From Candidatus Latescibacterota bacterium (GTDB lineage Bacteria; Latescibacterota; UBA2968; GCA-2709665): DNA of 64,000 bases. Location: the NCBI GenBank assembly GCA_965116875.1, contig OZ220733.1:5248001-5312000 (forward strand), in the 5' to 3' direction. The notes below the pieces were generated by a model. That model was not told the DNA's origin, made no database searches, and was given only the letters and a program-made list of their open reading frames with translations. Both the position numbers and the translations under genes were made by a program. Shown one piece after another: positions 1 through 9,549 of the stretch. Each line of letters opens with the position of its first letter. The first letter of the stretch is position 1.

Positions 1-495
1 GTTGAACGCGCTCTAAAACGCACGCCCGATGGTCCCCTGTCAGGATTAATTGAAGGGGTTCGCAGATCTTCCGCGAATTTTGTCAATCTCCCTGACAACA
101 TCGACTGTGTGATATCGAGTCCTCCGTACATGAATGCCCTGGACTATCGACGTGACAATCGCTTACGGCTCTGGTTTCTTGGCGAGAAATTCGGCGAAAG
201 AGCTGACCGCACCTTCGAAGCAATTTCGGAATTTCGAAAACTCATGGACAAACTTGCGAGACAGTTGGAACGAAAGGTGCGAAAAGGTGGATATTGTATT
301 TTTGTAGTCGGAGAACAGACGTATAGAGGTGGAAGACGTTACCCTTCCGAAGTGCTTGCACGGAGTTTCCTGACCCACAGTTCGACGTTTCGCTTGTGCG
401 ATGTGATATCTGACACAATTCCCGATATTCGTCGTTCACGGAAACATGCAGGAGGCGTAAAACGCGAAAACGCGTTGGTTTTTAGGAAATACTAG
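1..495 (+). CDS. DNA amino-methyltransferase (probably N4-cytosine type), 5'-truncated by the window edge
   Basis: Frame 1 is open from base 1 (VERALKRT...IDCVISSPPYMN). SPPY catalytic motif IV, GGYCIFVVG strand and C-terminal E..LVF are typical of N4C/N6A MTases. Confidence 0.75.
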   Translation, partial: VERALKRTPDGPLSGLIEGVRRSSANFVNLPDNIDCVISSPPYMNALDYRRDNRLRLWFLGEKFGERADRTFEAISEFRKLMDKLARQLERKVRKGGYCIFVVGEQTYRGGRRYPSEVLARSFLTHSSTFRLCDVISDTIPDIRRSRKHAGGVKRENALVFRKY

Positions 496-497
496 AT

Positions 498-2981
498 ATG
501 CGCAAGAACCTTCCCGAAGTCGGTGAATTTATCGGTAAAACGATATTGCGTTATCCAGATCACGTAATAAAGGAGCATATTGCATCTGGAAACAACGGCC
601 ACGTGTTTCGGGCACATAACGAATTGACTGATAGTAACTTTGCATTCAAAATAGTGCCGATCTTGAATGTGTGCAGTGTGGAATACTTGGAAGAAGCAAA
701 GAAGGCCAATCTCTTGGAAAACCAATCAGTGGTAAGGCATTTCGACACCGTCGAGGATGAAATTTCTGGGCACAAATGCATTGTCTTTGTATGCGATTTT
801 GTTAGTGGGATAAATCTAAGAGAGTACACCAGGCAAAATCGATCTGACATTAACGTACCGTTCATCGAGAGCTTCTTGCGAACAATGTTCGCATTGTTGT
901 ACGAATTGAAAATCCGCGGGTTTGTTCACGGCGATCTTCATGCCGGCAATATCATTGTATCCAAGTCGGACTATGACATCTATGGAAGAGTCGTCTTCCG
1001 TGTTACAGACTTTGGCGTTGGACAAGTTACTGGGAAGTCACAGCATCCTAACGATTTTCTGTACGTCGCTGACACGTTAAACGAGTTGCTCGAGTGCATA
1101 GTATTTCAGGACTGCAATGGTCGTGACCGATTTGTATACGACGTTCTCCGTTTGGAATTCCTGCAGCGGCATCTCACTGATACAGATTCCTTAGCTGACG
1201 AACTCGTGATGAACCCGCAGATGATGTTGGAAAAACTCGATTCCTTGGATGAGCAGTACAGGCGCCAAGCACAAGAAGAACCCAGGTCAAAGATGGTCAC
1301 GCCCTTCGACTATCCAAACTGCGAGCAGATTGGTAATCATCATCTGCTGCTTAAGGCACTGTATTCGGATCGGCTACTCGGCCTAACTGACGTAAAAGCC
1401 CGATCCAATCTCGTATTAACTGGGCCTCGTGGATGCGGCAAGACTACTGTATTTCGTGCGTTAAGCCTTGATTACCTTATATCTACGGGGAATGATACGC
1501 CGGCCGATTTGCGATATATCGGGGTTTATTACAGGTGTGATGACCTATACTTCGCATTCCCAAGATATGTTTCTCCAGAGCGCGATGAGGCATTAAATCT
1601 GCCAATGCACTTTGTTACCGTTACGTTACTTGCCAGAGCTTTGGAGCATTTGGCAAAATGGAGCAAAAGGCACTTTCGAGACGAGTTTAAGGAAAAGGAA
1701 GAGAAACTCGTTGAGGATCTTTGGGACATAGTCAGAATTCTTCCTGCCAGCAGTCCGGTCACGAATACAGTTGAAGGGTTCATTAGTCGTTTAATGGATA
1801 AGGAGCGAAAAAGAGCAGCGGAAAAGCAGCGTTTCGTTAACGATCCTAAGCAACCTATTAGTGGCTACTTCGGTCCAGAAATACTGCTCCGAGCCTGCGC
1901 CGTTATTCGTGAAACCATGTCATTTTTGGAAAATCGCCCGTTCTATTTCTTTATCGATGACTATTCCCATCCTAAAATCACGATTGAACTACAACGAAAT
2001 CTAAACAGGCTACTGATGACTCGTACCGCGGACGTATTTTTCAAACTATCCACCGAGAGTCCCGTTTCATTTGCACGCGAGGATATTGACCAAAAACGTT
2101 TTGTTGAGACCCGCGAATACGACTTACTTAACTTGGGCCTCAAATACCTAACCGATACGTCGAAACTCAGGCGTCAATTCATAGATGACTTGTTTAAACG
2201 GCGATTTCGAGAAGTTGAAGATTATCCGGTGAAAGGTCTAGAGGAACTCTTTGGCTCGGCACGTCGTAACGAAAATGCTTCTGCTGTTGCAATACGAGAT
2301 GGGAAAAGTGATGAGTACAGATACTCAGGTTTTGAGACAATAGCCGCGATGTGCAGTGGTGATATTCACTACATAATTCGATTGGTTGCCCGCATGGTGG
2401 ACGACTCGGGTGGGATTCAGTGGCTCAACAAAGCAGAACGAGTTCCAAAGATAGACTCAAGACGCCAGAATAATTCAATTCGAGCAGCAGCTGGCGCGTT
2501 TGTAGAGTCGGTCCGTAAATTGCCTAAGTGGGGACCTCGGCTCGCGCAAGTTGTGACAGCTTTCGGAAACGTCGCCCACTCATACATCAGATTTGAGACT
2601 TCATCCAACAGTACCGACAAGCCTCCTCACCAAGCATCTCGAATTGAGCCATACGAATCACTCAGGTTGTCAGAGCAATCGCAGGAAATCCTTGAGGAAC
2701 TGCTCCGTTACTCGATTTTTATTGAAGATCCGAGAGGAAGAAGCCGTAGAGGGGAGATGGTCCCAAGATTCTACATAAGGAGATACTTGATACCGCATTT
2801 GCGCCTTACATTCAGTTTGCGGGACTCGATTCAGCTAGAAAACAATGAGTTAGAGAAGCTATTGTCCAATCCGCGTGAATTTGAAAAAACAGCTCGCTTG
2901 CGGTCAAAAGAGCATGCACATCGGATGCGGCAGAAGAAAGTGTATAACGATCCAAATCAACGGACTCTTTGGGAGGATTAA
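498..2981 (+). CDS. Ser/Thr protein kinase fused to a P-loop ATPase (ORC/CDC6-like, STAND-related)
   Basis: Kinase motifs: IASGNNGHVF Gly loop, FAFKIV Lys, HGDLHAGNI catalytic loop, VTDFG. ATPase motifs: GPRGCGKT Walker A, FFIDD Walker B, SGDIHYIIRL sensor-like segment. Confidence 0.8.
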   Translation: MRKNLPEVGEFIGKTILRYPDHVIKEHIASGNNGHVFRAHNELTDSNFAFKIVPILNVCSVEYLEEAKKANLLENQSVVRHFDTVEDEISGHKCIVFVCDFVSGINLREYTRQNRSDINVPFIESFLRTMFALLYELKIRGFVHGDLHAGNIIVSKSDYDIYGRVVFRVTDFGVGQVTGKSQHPNDFLYVADTLNELLECIVFQDCNGRDRFVYDVLRLEFLQRHLTDTDSLADELVMNPQMMLEKLDSLDEQYRRQAQEEPRSKMVTPFDYPNCEQIGNHHLLLKALYSDRLLGLTDVKARSNLVLTGPRGCGKTTVFRALSLDYLISTGNDTPADLRYIGVYYRCDDLYFAFPRYVSPERDEALNLPMHFVTVTLLARALEHLAKWSKRHFRDEFKEKEEKLVEDLWDIVRILPASSPVTNTVEGFISRLMDKERKRAAEKQRFVNDPKQPISGYFGPEILLRACAVIRETMSFLENRPFYFFIDDYSHPKITIELQRNLNRLLMTRTADVFFKLSTESPVSFAREDIDQKRFVETREYDLLNLGLKYLTDTSKLRRQFIDDLFKRRFREVEDYPVKGLEELFGSARRNENASAVAIRDGKSDEYRYSGFETIAAMCSGDIHYIIRLVARMVDDSGGIQWLNKAERVPKIDSRRQNNSIRAAAGAFVESVRKLPKWGPRLAQVVTAFGNVAHSYIRFETSSNSTDKPPHQASRIEPYESLRLSEQSQEILEELLRYSIFIEDPRGRSRRGEMVPRFYIRRYLIPHLRLTFSLRDSIQLENNELEKLLSNPREFEKTARLRSKEHAHRMRQKKVYNDPNQRTLWED

Positions 2982-2985
2982 GTAG

Positions 2986-4068
2986 GTGATCCGAAATATT
3001 CCGCTCCGCTCCGATGAGATTCTGAAACAGATTGAATGGCCTACGTTGGAGGAGATACATGAACCCAGGGTACAACAAGGTGATTGTGTGTTGGTCTGCG
3101 CGGGTTTCGAGGATCGTGCCGTTGAATTCCTGCGTCGGACCTGCGAGTTGCCAATTTCGGGATTTACTCTTGGGCTAATTCGCTACGGGCCGGAACTTAG
3201 CCAGAATAGAGTAGAAGAATTACGAAAACATAGCCTACGAGCAGATTTAAATGTCACGGAGTTTTATTATGACCGTGAAAATCCATCGGGCATTGGAGAG
3301 GAGCTACTAGACTTTTCGAGACGATTTCCCCGAGTTCTAATTGACATTGCTGGAATGTCGCGTCTTCTAATCGTGCAAGCGATCGTAGCTCTCATTCGCG
3401 GTCGCGTCCCATCGATCAGTGTACTCTATAGTGAAGCGATGGAATATCCGCCAACGAAGGATGAATTCGAAAGTGATCTGCAAGACGGGGATGTTGGACA
3501 GCCGGTTAGTTATCTGTCATCGGGAATCTTTGAGATTGCGGCGGCACCGGAGTTGAGTTCAGTATCTATGTCGGGCGAGGCGATTAGGCTGATTGCATTT
3601 CCTTCTTTTGATCCCGCCCAACTCGAAAACTCGATTCAAGAACTGCAACCTACCTATACAGACGTAATTCATGGCGCTCCTCCTGATGTTGAAAACGAAT
3701 GGCGAATGGAGGCAATTCGGCTACTTAATGAACTTACATTGGATGAGCTTCACCGCAAATCAGACTTTACTGCATCTACACTTGACTATCGAGAGGCAAT
3801 GAACATCATTCTGGCAATTTACGGGCGACGCAGCATGTTTGATCGTCTTGTTATTGCACCTACAGGCAGCAAAATGCAAACAGTGGCCGTTGGCATAATC
3901 CGGGCGGTACTCCACGACGTACAAGTCGTTTATCCTACACCGCACGTCTTCACTCAACCAGATCGATATACGCTGGGCGTGCGCCGAATTTATCAATTGG
4001 ATCTGCCAACAGATGCAATTTGGGGCGCCATCAAGAGTGTCGACACAAGTAATGACGAGATTCATTGA
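2986..4068 (+). CDS. Hypothetical protein with two tandem CARF-like Rossmann domains and no effector domain
   Basis: 360-aa ORF with an internal two-fold pattern: CAGFEDRA...IDIAGMSR...LYSEAMEY versus FPSFDPAQ...IAPTGSKMQ...VYPTP. The fold assignment is inferred from the motif pattern. Confidence 0.6.
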   Translation: MIRNIPLRSDEILKQIEWPTLEEIHEPRVQQGDCVLVCAGFEDRAVEFLRRTCELPISGFTLGLIRYGPELSQNRVEELRKHSLRADLNVTEFYYDRENPSGIGEELLDFSRRFPRVLIDIAGMSRLLIVQAIVALIRGRVPSISVLYSEAMEYPPTKDEFESDLQDGDVGQPVSYLSSGIFEIAAAPELSSVSMSGEAIRLIAFPSFDPAQLENSIQELQPTYTDVIHGAPPDVENEWRMEAIRLLNELTLDELHRKSDFTASTLDYREAMNIILAIYGRRSMFDRLVIAPTGSKMQTVAVGIIRAVLHDVQVVYPTPHVFTQPDRYTLGVRRIYQLDLPTDAIWGAIKSVDTSNDEIH

Positions 4069-4076
4069 GTATCCCT

Positions 4077-7019
4077 ATGATTCCACGTGAATGTAAACGT
4101 CTCGCTGAGGTAGACTTCCCCATTGCAGAAGTCTCCAAGCACGCGGCCAAGGAGAAGTCGATTAGGCACGGGCACCCGAGTACCCTACACCTGTGGTGGG
4201 CGCGGCGGCCATTGGCTTCGTCGCGGGCGGTGTTGCTGGCGTTGCTGCTGCCGGATCCGTGCGACGCGCACTGCCCGGAGGGCTTTAAGCAGCGAGCACG
4301 GGAGATCCTGCGTACGGTTCGGCAGCCACCGACGAATGACGAAGAACTGCGGCAGGGATTACTGTCGTTTATCGCCAACTTCGCCAACTGGAATAATGCG
4401 GCGGATCGCACTCATCTCGAAGTGAGCCGGGCGTTGGTAAAGGCGGCGCATGGCGAGGAGCCACCGCTTGTTGTGGACCCGTTTGCCGGCGGGGGCTCGA
4501 TTCCGCTGGAGGCGTTGCGGCTGGGCTGTGAGGCGTTTGCAAGTGATCTGAACCCGGTGGCGTGCCTGATTCTTAAAGTACTGCTTGAGGATATTCCTCG
4601 GTGCGGCCCCGGGCTTTCTGATAAACTCAGAAGGGTCGGTGACAGGATTAAACGGCAGGTAGGGAAAGAGTTAGCCGAGGTTTATCCCAAGGATCCTGAC
4701 GGTTCGACACCAATTGCCTACTTGTGGGCTCGGACTGCACGTTGTGAAGCGCCGAACTGTGGCGCGGAGATTCCGCTGATGCGTTCGTTTTGGCTGTGCA
4801 AGAAGGCCAATCGTATGCGGGCGCTGCGATATCGAGTCGACCGGTGCGAGAAGAGTCCGCCGAGAGTTGTGTTTGAGTTATTCGAGCCAAAAACGGATAG
4901 AGAAGTGCGTGGCGGCACGGTGGCGAGAGCGAGAGCGACTTGCTTGTGCTGCGGCTCGGTGCTGCCGCCGGAGCGGGTGCGGGCCCAGCTTGCGGCAGAG
5001 CGGGGCGGCGCGGACGTGATTTTTGACTCGAAGGGGCGACGGACGGGCGGGGCGCGAATGACCGCGGTGGTGACAATCAAGCCTAAACAGGCCGGGCGGC
5101 ACTATCGGCTGCCAATCGACACGGATTACGCGGCGGTGCAAAAGGCCCAAAGGCGAGTAGCACAGGTAATAGAGGAATGGGAGCGGGGTGGGAGACAGGG
5201 ACTTTGCCCGCTGCCGGATGAGCCGACACCGGCAGGGGGTGGTTCGGGAGCGGGGCGAGCGTTCAGTGTGCAACGCTATGGTATGATGCAATGGGGCGAC
5301 TTGTTTACGGCACGACAGAAGGTGGCATTGGCCATGCTACTCATCCAAATACGTAATAAAAACACGGCTCAATTGACCACGGTGTTGGCCTGTGCCTTCA
5401 ATCGTGTGTCGATGAGTAACATGTCCTGTACTAGATGGAATGCCGTCGCAGAAAAAATGCAGCATACGTTTGGCAGGCAGGCACTTCCCATGGTGTGGGA
5501 TTTTGCAGAGGTGGTGATCATAGCTGAGGCTCCAGGCAATTGGAAAAGTGGATTCGCGCTCATTGCCGATGTGGTTGATGCATTAGTCAACCGTGAGCCC
5601 GGCCAAATTCAAACTGCAGATGCTGCTAATCATCCTCTACCCGATCAAACCACTGGCATCTGGTTCACCGACCCACCCTACTACGACGCCATCCCCTATT
5701 CCGACCTTTCCGACTTCTTCCTCGTTTGGCTCAAGCGGACGCTACCGGATAGCCAATTGCTACGCGACCCGTTCGACCCAGACAACCCGCTATCGCCCAA
5801 GACCGCTGAGGCCGTGCAAGACGAGACCAAACAGGCCGACGGTCGTCCCAAAGACCGCGCTTGGTTTGAAGAGACTATGGCAAAAGCCTTCGCTGAAGGT
5901 CGTCGCGTTCTGCATGAAGATGGCATCGGCTCTGTCGTCTTTGCACACAAGACAACTGAAGGATGGGAAGCACTTCTCTCTGGCCTGATTCGCGGTGGCT
6001 GGACCATCACCGGCTCCTGGCCCATCGCCACCGAAATGGCATCACGTCTCCGCGCCCGCGATTCGGCAGCCCTCGCCACCAGCGTCCACCTCATCTGCCG
6101 CCCTCGTCCAGAAATCGCACCAATCGGAGACTGGGGCGATGTCCTGCAGGAACTGCCGGTCCGAGTCAGCGAATGGATTGAACGCTTGCAGAAAGAGGGC
6201 ATTCGCGGAGCAGACCTCGTGTTCGCTTGCATCGGTCCTGCGTTGGAGGTCTTTAGTCGCTATTGTAAAGTTGAGACCGCGGAGGGTAAGACAGTCGATC
6301 TGGCTGAGTACCTCGAAAGGGTATGGGAAGTGGTGGGTCGTACTGCGTTGCAGCAGGTATTGGGAAAGGCACAGGCTGGCGCGTTGGAAGAGGATGCGCG
6401 CCTGACGGCACTTTTCCTTTGGACTCTACAGACGACTGACACGCGCGGAAACAACGGCGAGCCGGATCTGGGTAAAAATGATGCGGTAGCCACAGTTACC
6501 GCAAAGGGATTCAGCCTGCCTTTTGACGTTGTGCGCCGCTTTGCGCAGCCCATGGGCATAAATCTCGACAACTGGACTGACCGGATTGTCGGCCAGAATA
6601 AAGGCGTCGTACGCCTGCTGCCCGTGGCGGAGCGGGCCGCGAAACTCTTCGGTACGGACGGCACTGCCGCGGTGGCTGAACGGATCGAGCGGGACCCAAA
6701 TTCCGATGTTCAACAGACGCTCTTTCCGGATCTTGACAAACGTACTCCAACTATAGTTCGGGAGTCACAGCCGAGATATGGTGTGTCAGCCGACGACGAC
6801 TCTAATCGGACGCCTGGCGACACGACCCTTGACCGCATTCACGCGGCAATGCTATTTCAGTCGCACGGCCACGCCAACGCGCTGCGGGAACTGATCGGCG
6901 TCGAACAGGAGCGCGGACCCAACTTCCTTCGGCTTGCAAATGCATTGTCGGCGCTCTATCCGCGAGGGAGCGCCGAAAAAGCCCTGTTGGACGCCATGTT
7001 GTTGGCGGTTCCGAGGTGA
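4077..7019 (+). CDS. DUF1156 family adenine-specific DNA methyltransferase
   Basis: HLWWARRPLA, DPFAGGGSIP (SAM binding), TDPPYYD (catalytic) and Zn-finger Cys pairs. ATG 4077 preferred; TTG 4065 is an alternative start. Confidence 0.9.
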   Translation: MIPRECKRLAEVDFPIAEVSKHAAKEKSIRHGHPSTLHLWWARRPLASSRAVLLALLLPDPCDAHCPEGFKQRAREILRTVRQPPTNDEELRQGLLSFIANFANWNNAADRTHLEVSRALVKAAHGEEPPLVVDPFAGGGSIPLEALRLGCEAFASDLNPVACLILKVLLEDIPRCGPGLSDKLRRVGDRIKRQVGKELAEVYPKDPDGSTPIAYLWARTARCEAPNCGAEIPLMRSFWLCKKANRMRALRYRVDRCEKSPPRVVFELFEPKTDREVRGGTVARARATCLCCGSVLPPERVRAQLAAERGGADVIFDSKGRRTGGARMTAVVTIKPKQAGRHYRLPIDTDYAAVQKAQRRVAQVIEEWERGGRQGLCPLPDEPTPAGGGSGAGRAFSVQRYGMMQWGDLFTARQKVALAMLLIQIRNKNTAQLTTVLACAFNRVSMSNMSCTRWNAVAEKMQHTFGRQALPMVWDFAEVVIIAEAPGNWKSGFALIADVVDALVNREPGQIQTADAANHPLPDQTTGIWFTDPPYYDAIPYSDLSDFFLVWLKRTLPDSQLLRDPFDPDNPLSPKTAEAVQDETKQADGRPKDRAWFEETMAKAFAEGRRVLHEDGIGSVVFAHKTTEGWEALLSGLIRGGWTITGSWPIATEMASRLRARDSAALATSVHLICRPRPEIAPIGDWGDVLQELPVRVSEWIERLQKEGIRGADLVFACIGPALEVFSRYCKVETAEGKTVDLAEYLERVWEVVGRTALQQVLGKAQAGALEEDARLTALFLWTLQTTDTRGNNGEPDLGKNDAVATVTAKGFSLPFDVVRRFAQPMGINLDNWTDRIVGQNKGVVRLLPVAERAAKLFGTDGTAAVAERIERDPNSDVQQTLFPDLDKRTPTIVRESQPRYGVSADDDSNRTPGDTTLDRIHAAMLFQSHGHANALRELIGVEQERGPNFLRLANALSALYPRGSAEKALLDAMLLAVPR

Positions 7020-7035
7020 AAAAGGAGAAACTGAA

Positions 7036-8403
7036 ATGCACATTCTAACACTCAAGAATTTCAGGTGCTTCCGCGAAAAGCAAAGAGCTCGGCTGGCACC
7101 GCTGACGCTGTTGGTAGGAGAAAACAGCACGGGAAAGACGTCGTTCATGGCAATGGCTCGGGCAGTGTGGGACATGGTCTATAGGGGAAGAGAACCAGAC
7201 TTTAAGGAGGATCCCTACGACCTTGGGAGTTTTGACGAAATCGCACACTATCGAGGAGGCCGAGGCGGTCGCGCAACTAATCTTGAAGCTGGATTTGATG
7301 TCGTTCCAAAGGTTAAGTCTAAAAGAGGATCAGGTTCTGCAAATGAGCTACTTGGGTTCAACGTAATCTTCGAAAAGAGTGGAACCATCCCGTTACCAGT
7401 GCGGAGGCGCTTTTCCCATAAGGATGCATGGATGGAGCTATCGCAAACGGAGATTCGCTTTGGGACGAAACGGGGTTCTTGGAAGAGAAGACACCACAAC
7501 GCTAGATTCACTCCTCCACCTGGTATGGACTTTCCCCTACAGTTTTTTTTACAGCACATAATTCGATCAGCAGACTCTAAAGAGGATAGATGGAACCCAG
7601 AATCGGGAATAAAAGGGCCTACAAAAGCAGACTTCAATCAGATCGAAAATTTCCCGATTTTTCCATTATTTGAAACGACAGGCCTTCATGAAAAGAGGCC
7701 ATATGCCAGTGCACCAGTCCGCTCCAAGCCTCGCCGAACGTACGATCCAGCGCGTCCGACACGTGACCCCGAGGGCGATTACATTCCAATGTACCTGTCA
7801 GATTTGTATTTCCAAAATAAAAGGCAATGGAATAAACTCAAGGACGCGCTCGAAGAGTTCGGACAGAATGCCGGTCTGTTTGATGAAATTTCGGTCAAAA
7901 CTCTAGGGAAGAAGGAAACAGAGCCTTTTCAGGTACAGATCAGAAAATTCGGAAAACGTGCCAAAGGCCCGCACAGAAACTTGATTGACGTAGGTTATGG
8001 CGTAAGCCAAGTGCTTCCTGTGATTACCGAATTATTACGCGAAGACCCACTATCGATGTTTCTGCTCCAGCAACCCGAGGTACATCTCCATCCCAGCGCT
8101 CAAGCGGCACTGGGAAGCTTGTTCTGTCAGCTTGCTAGCCCGACCCGACAGCTATTCGTCGAGACTCACAGTGATCACCTGCTTAGTCGTGTGCGCATGG
8201 ACGTTCGTGACGGCAAGGGTAAACTGAAACCTGAAGACGTTTCCATTCTGTTCTTCGAACGGCGCGACCTTGAAGTACATATTCATTCGTTGAACATCGA
8301 CGGCGAGGGTAACGTTCTAGATGCACCACCAGTTTATAGGCAGTTCTTCATTAAAGAGATGGAAAGGGCTATCTGGAAGAAACAGAAAGATGTAGGGAAC
8401 TAA
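7036..8403 (+). CDS. ABC-type (OLD/AAA_21-like, DUF3696-like) ATPase
   Basis: RBS AAGGAG before ATG 7036. LKNFRCF start, GENSTGKT Walker A, VGYGVSQVL signature, LLQQPEVHLHP Walker B/D-loop, ETHSDH H-loop. Confidence 0.85.
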   Translation: MHILTLKNFRCFREKQRARLAPLTLLVGENSTGKTSFMAMARAVWDMVYRGREPDFKEDPYDLGSFDEIAHYRGGRGGRATNLEAGFDVVPKVKSKRGSGSANELLGFNVIFEKSGTIPLPVRRRFSHKDAWMELSQTEIRFGTKRGSWKRRHHNARFTPPPGMDFPLQFFLQHIIRSADSKEDRWNPESGIKGPTKADFNQIENFPIFPLFETTGLHEKRPYASAPVRSKPRRTYDPARPTRDPEGDYIPMYLSDLYFQNKRQWNKLKDALEEFGQNAGLFDEISVKTLGKKETEPFQVQIRKFGKRAKGPHRNLIDVGYGVSQVLPVITELLREDPLSMFLLQQPEVHLHPSAQAALGSLFCQLASPTRQLFVETHSDHLLSRVRMDVRDGKGKLKPEDVSILFFERRDLEVHIHSLNIDGEGNVLDAPPVYRQFFIKEMERAIWKKQKDVGN

Positions 8404-8406
8404 TCT

Positions 8407-8877
8407 ATGTGTGCAATTGTGGATTCAAATGTAGTCCATGAGGTCTTTGGTCCCAATCAGCCTCCCGCCGGGCAGGTATTTTATGAATGGATCAACGCAG
8501 CTAATGGACGGTTTGTAGTAGGTGGCAAGCAACTCGAAGAACTCAAAAGGGCTTCGCCAGACTTCAGAGAGTGGGCAAGTGTGTTCGCGGAAGCCGGCAG
8601 AATGAGAATAGTGAACGAAGATTTGGTCAATACCAAGGCCGAAGATATCATGGAGCTATGTATCTCAAATGACTCTCATATAATTGCGCTAGCCCAGATC
8701 AGCGGTGCAAGACTATTGTATACCAACGAGAATCCCAAAAAAAGCAAATCGCTATGTAAGGACTTCAAGAACAAGCAACTGATCAATCGGCCAGAAGGAA
8801 AGATATACTCGACAAGGGAGTTTAAGAATGTCACACAGACCCACAAGAAACTGCTTCGAAGGAGGGATCTGTGCTAA
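8407..8877 (+). CDS. PIN-domain-like protein
   Basis: IVDSNV, ELKR, SNDSHIIALA and LLYTNE..DFK form a PIN-like acidic pattern. Starts 4 nt after the ATPase stop. Confidence 0.6.
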   Translation: MCAIVDSNVVHEVFGPNQPPAGQVFYEWINAANGRFVVGGKQLEELKRASPDFREWASVFAEAGRMRIVNEDLVNTKAEDIMELCISNDSHIIALAQISGARLLYTNENPKKSKSLCKDFKNKQLINRPEGKIYSTREFKNVTQTHKKLLRRRDLC

Positions 8878-9549
8878 ATGAAATGGCTGTCGATTGTACC
8901 AAGATTAGCAAGAGGGTTGGTGCGGACAAAAGGGCTTCAATGTCACCTTGGGATTATCAGACTCTGTTCCTTCTGTCAAAACGACGAGCATTTTACCAGA
9001 TGAGCATATCGAATTCGGCAAACGGACTTTATTGGTCGACAAGACGTTCGGGCAACTGCCATTTGGCTCTCTTCATTGCGTTTCCCGCCTAGGGAATGGG
9101 CTATCCGTAAATTGTGTACCGGAAATTTGCAGAGGAATGCCAACGGATAGGTCTGATTTGTCGTCTATCTGCGAGGTTAAATTGGGTTCTCCAGGACAAC
9201 AACCGCATTCTGATTACAGCGATCTAGGTTTCTTGATTTCAATGAATGTGAACAGTGAAAAACCGATTTACGGAACTGTTGGACCGGCTTCACTAGTCTA
9301 AACTGAGTCGGCGAATGCTAGTTTATTTTAGGCAGCAGCACGTCGCGTTGTGCCTTACGTCGCATAAGGGGCTTGAAGTCGCGAAGCGCCGTTCAGAATC
9401 GTTTAGCAAGTTCATCCTATCAATCGGTTCGATGATTGTCTCCTTAGCGGTCGTTTTCCCTCAGGGCTACACCGGCGGTCTTAGAGGGTCGCACGAAGAA
9501 TTCACAATACAGCATGACTGAATACAACGAAATATTCAGGATTCGTAAT

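Noticed and set aside
6934-7035. N-terminal extension of the ABC ATPase given by the ORF track
   Set aside because: It overlaps the DUF1156 gene; the RBS and family start point to ATG 7036.
8878-9549. Short ORFs between the PIN and DUF499 genes (possible DUF3780 or decayed gene)
   Set aside because: No recognisable motif or RBS; no call can be supported.
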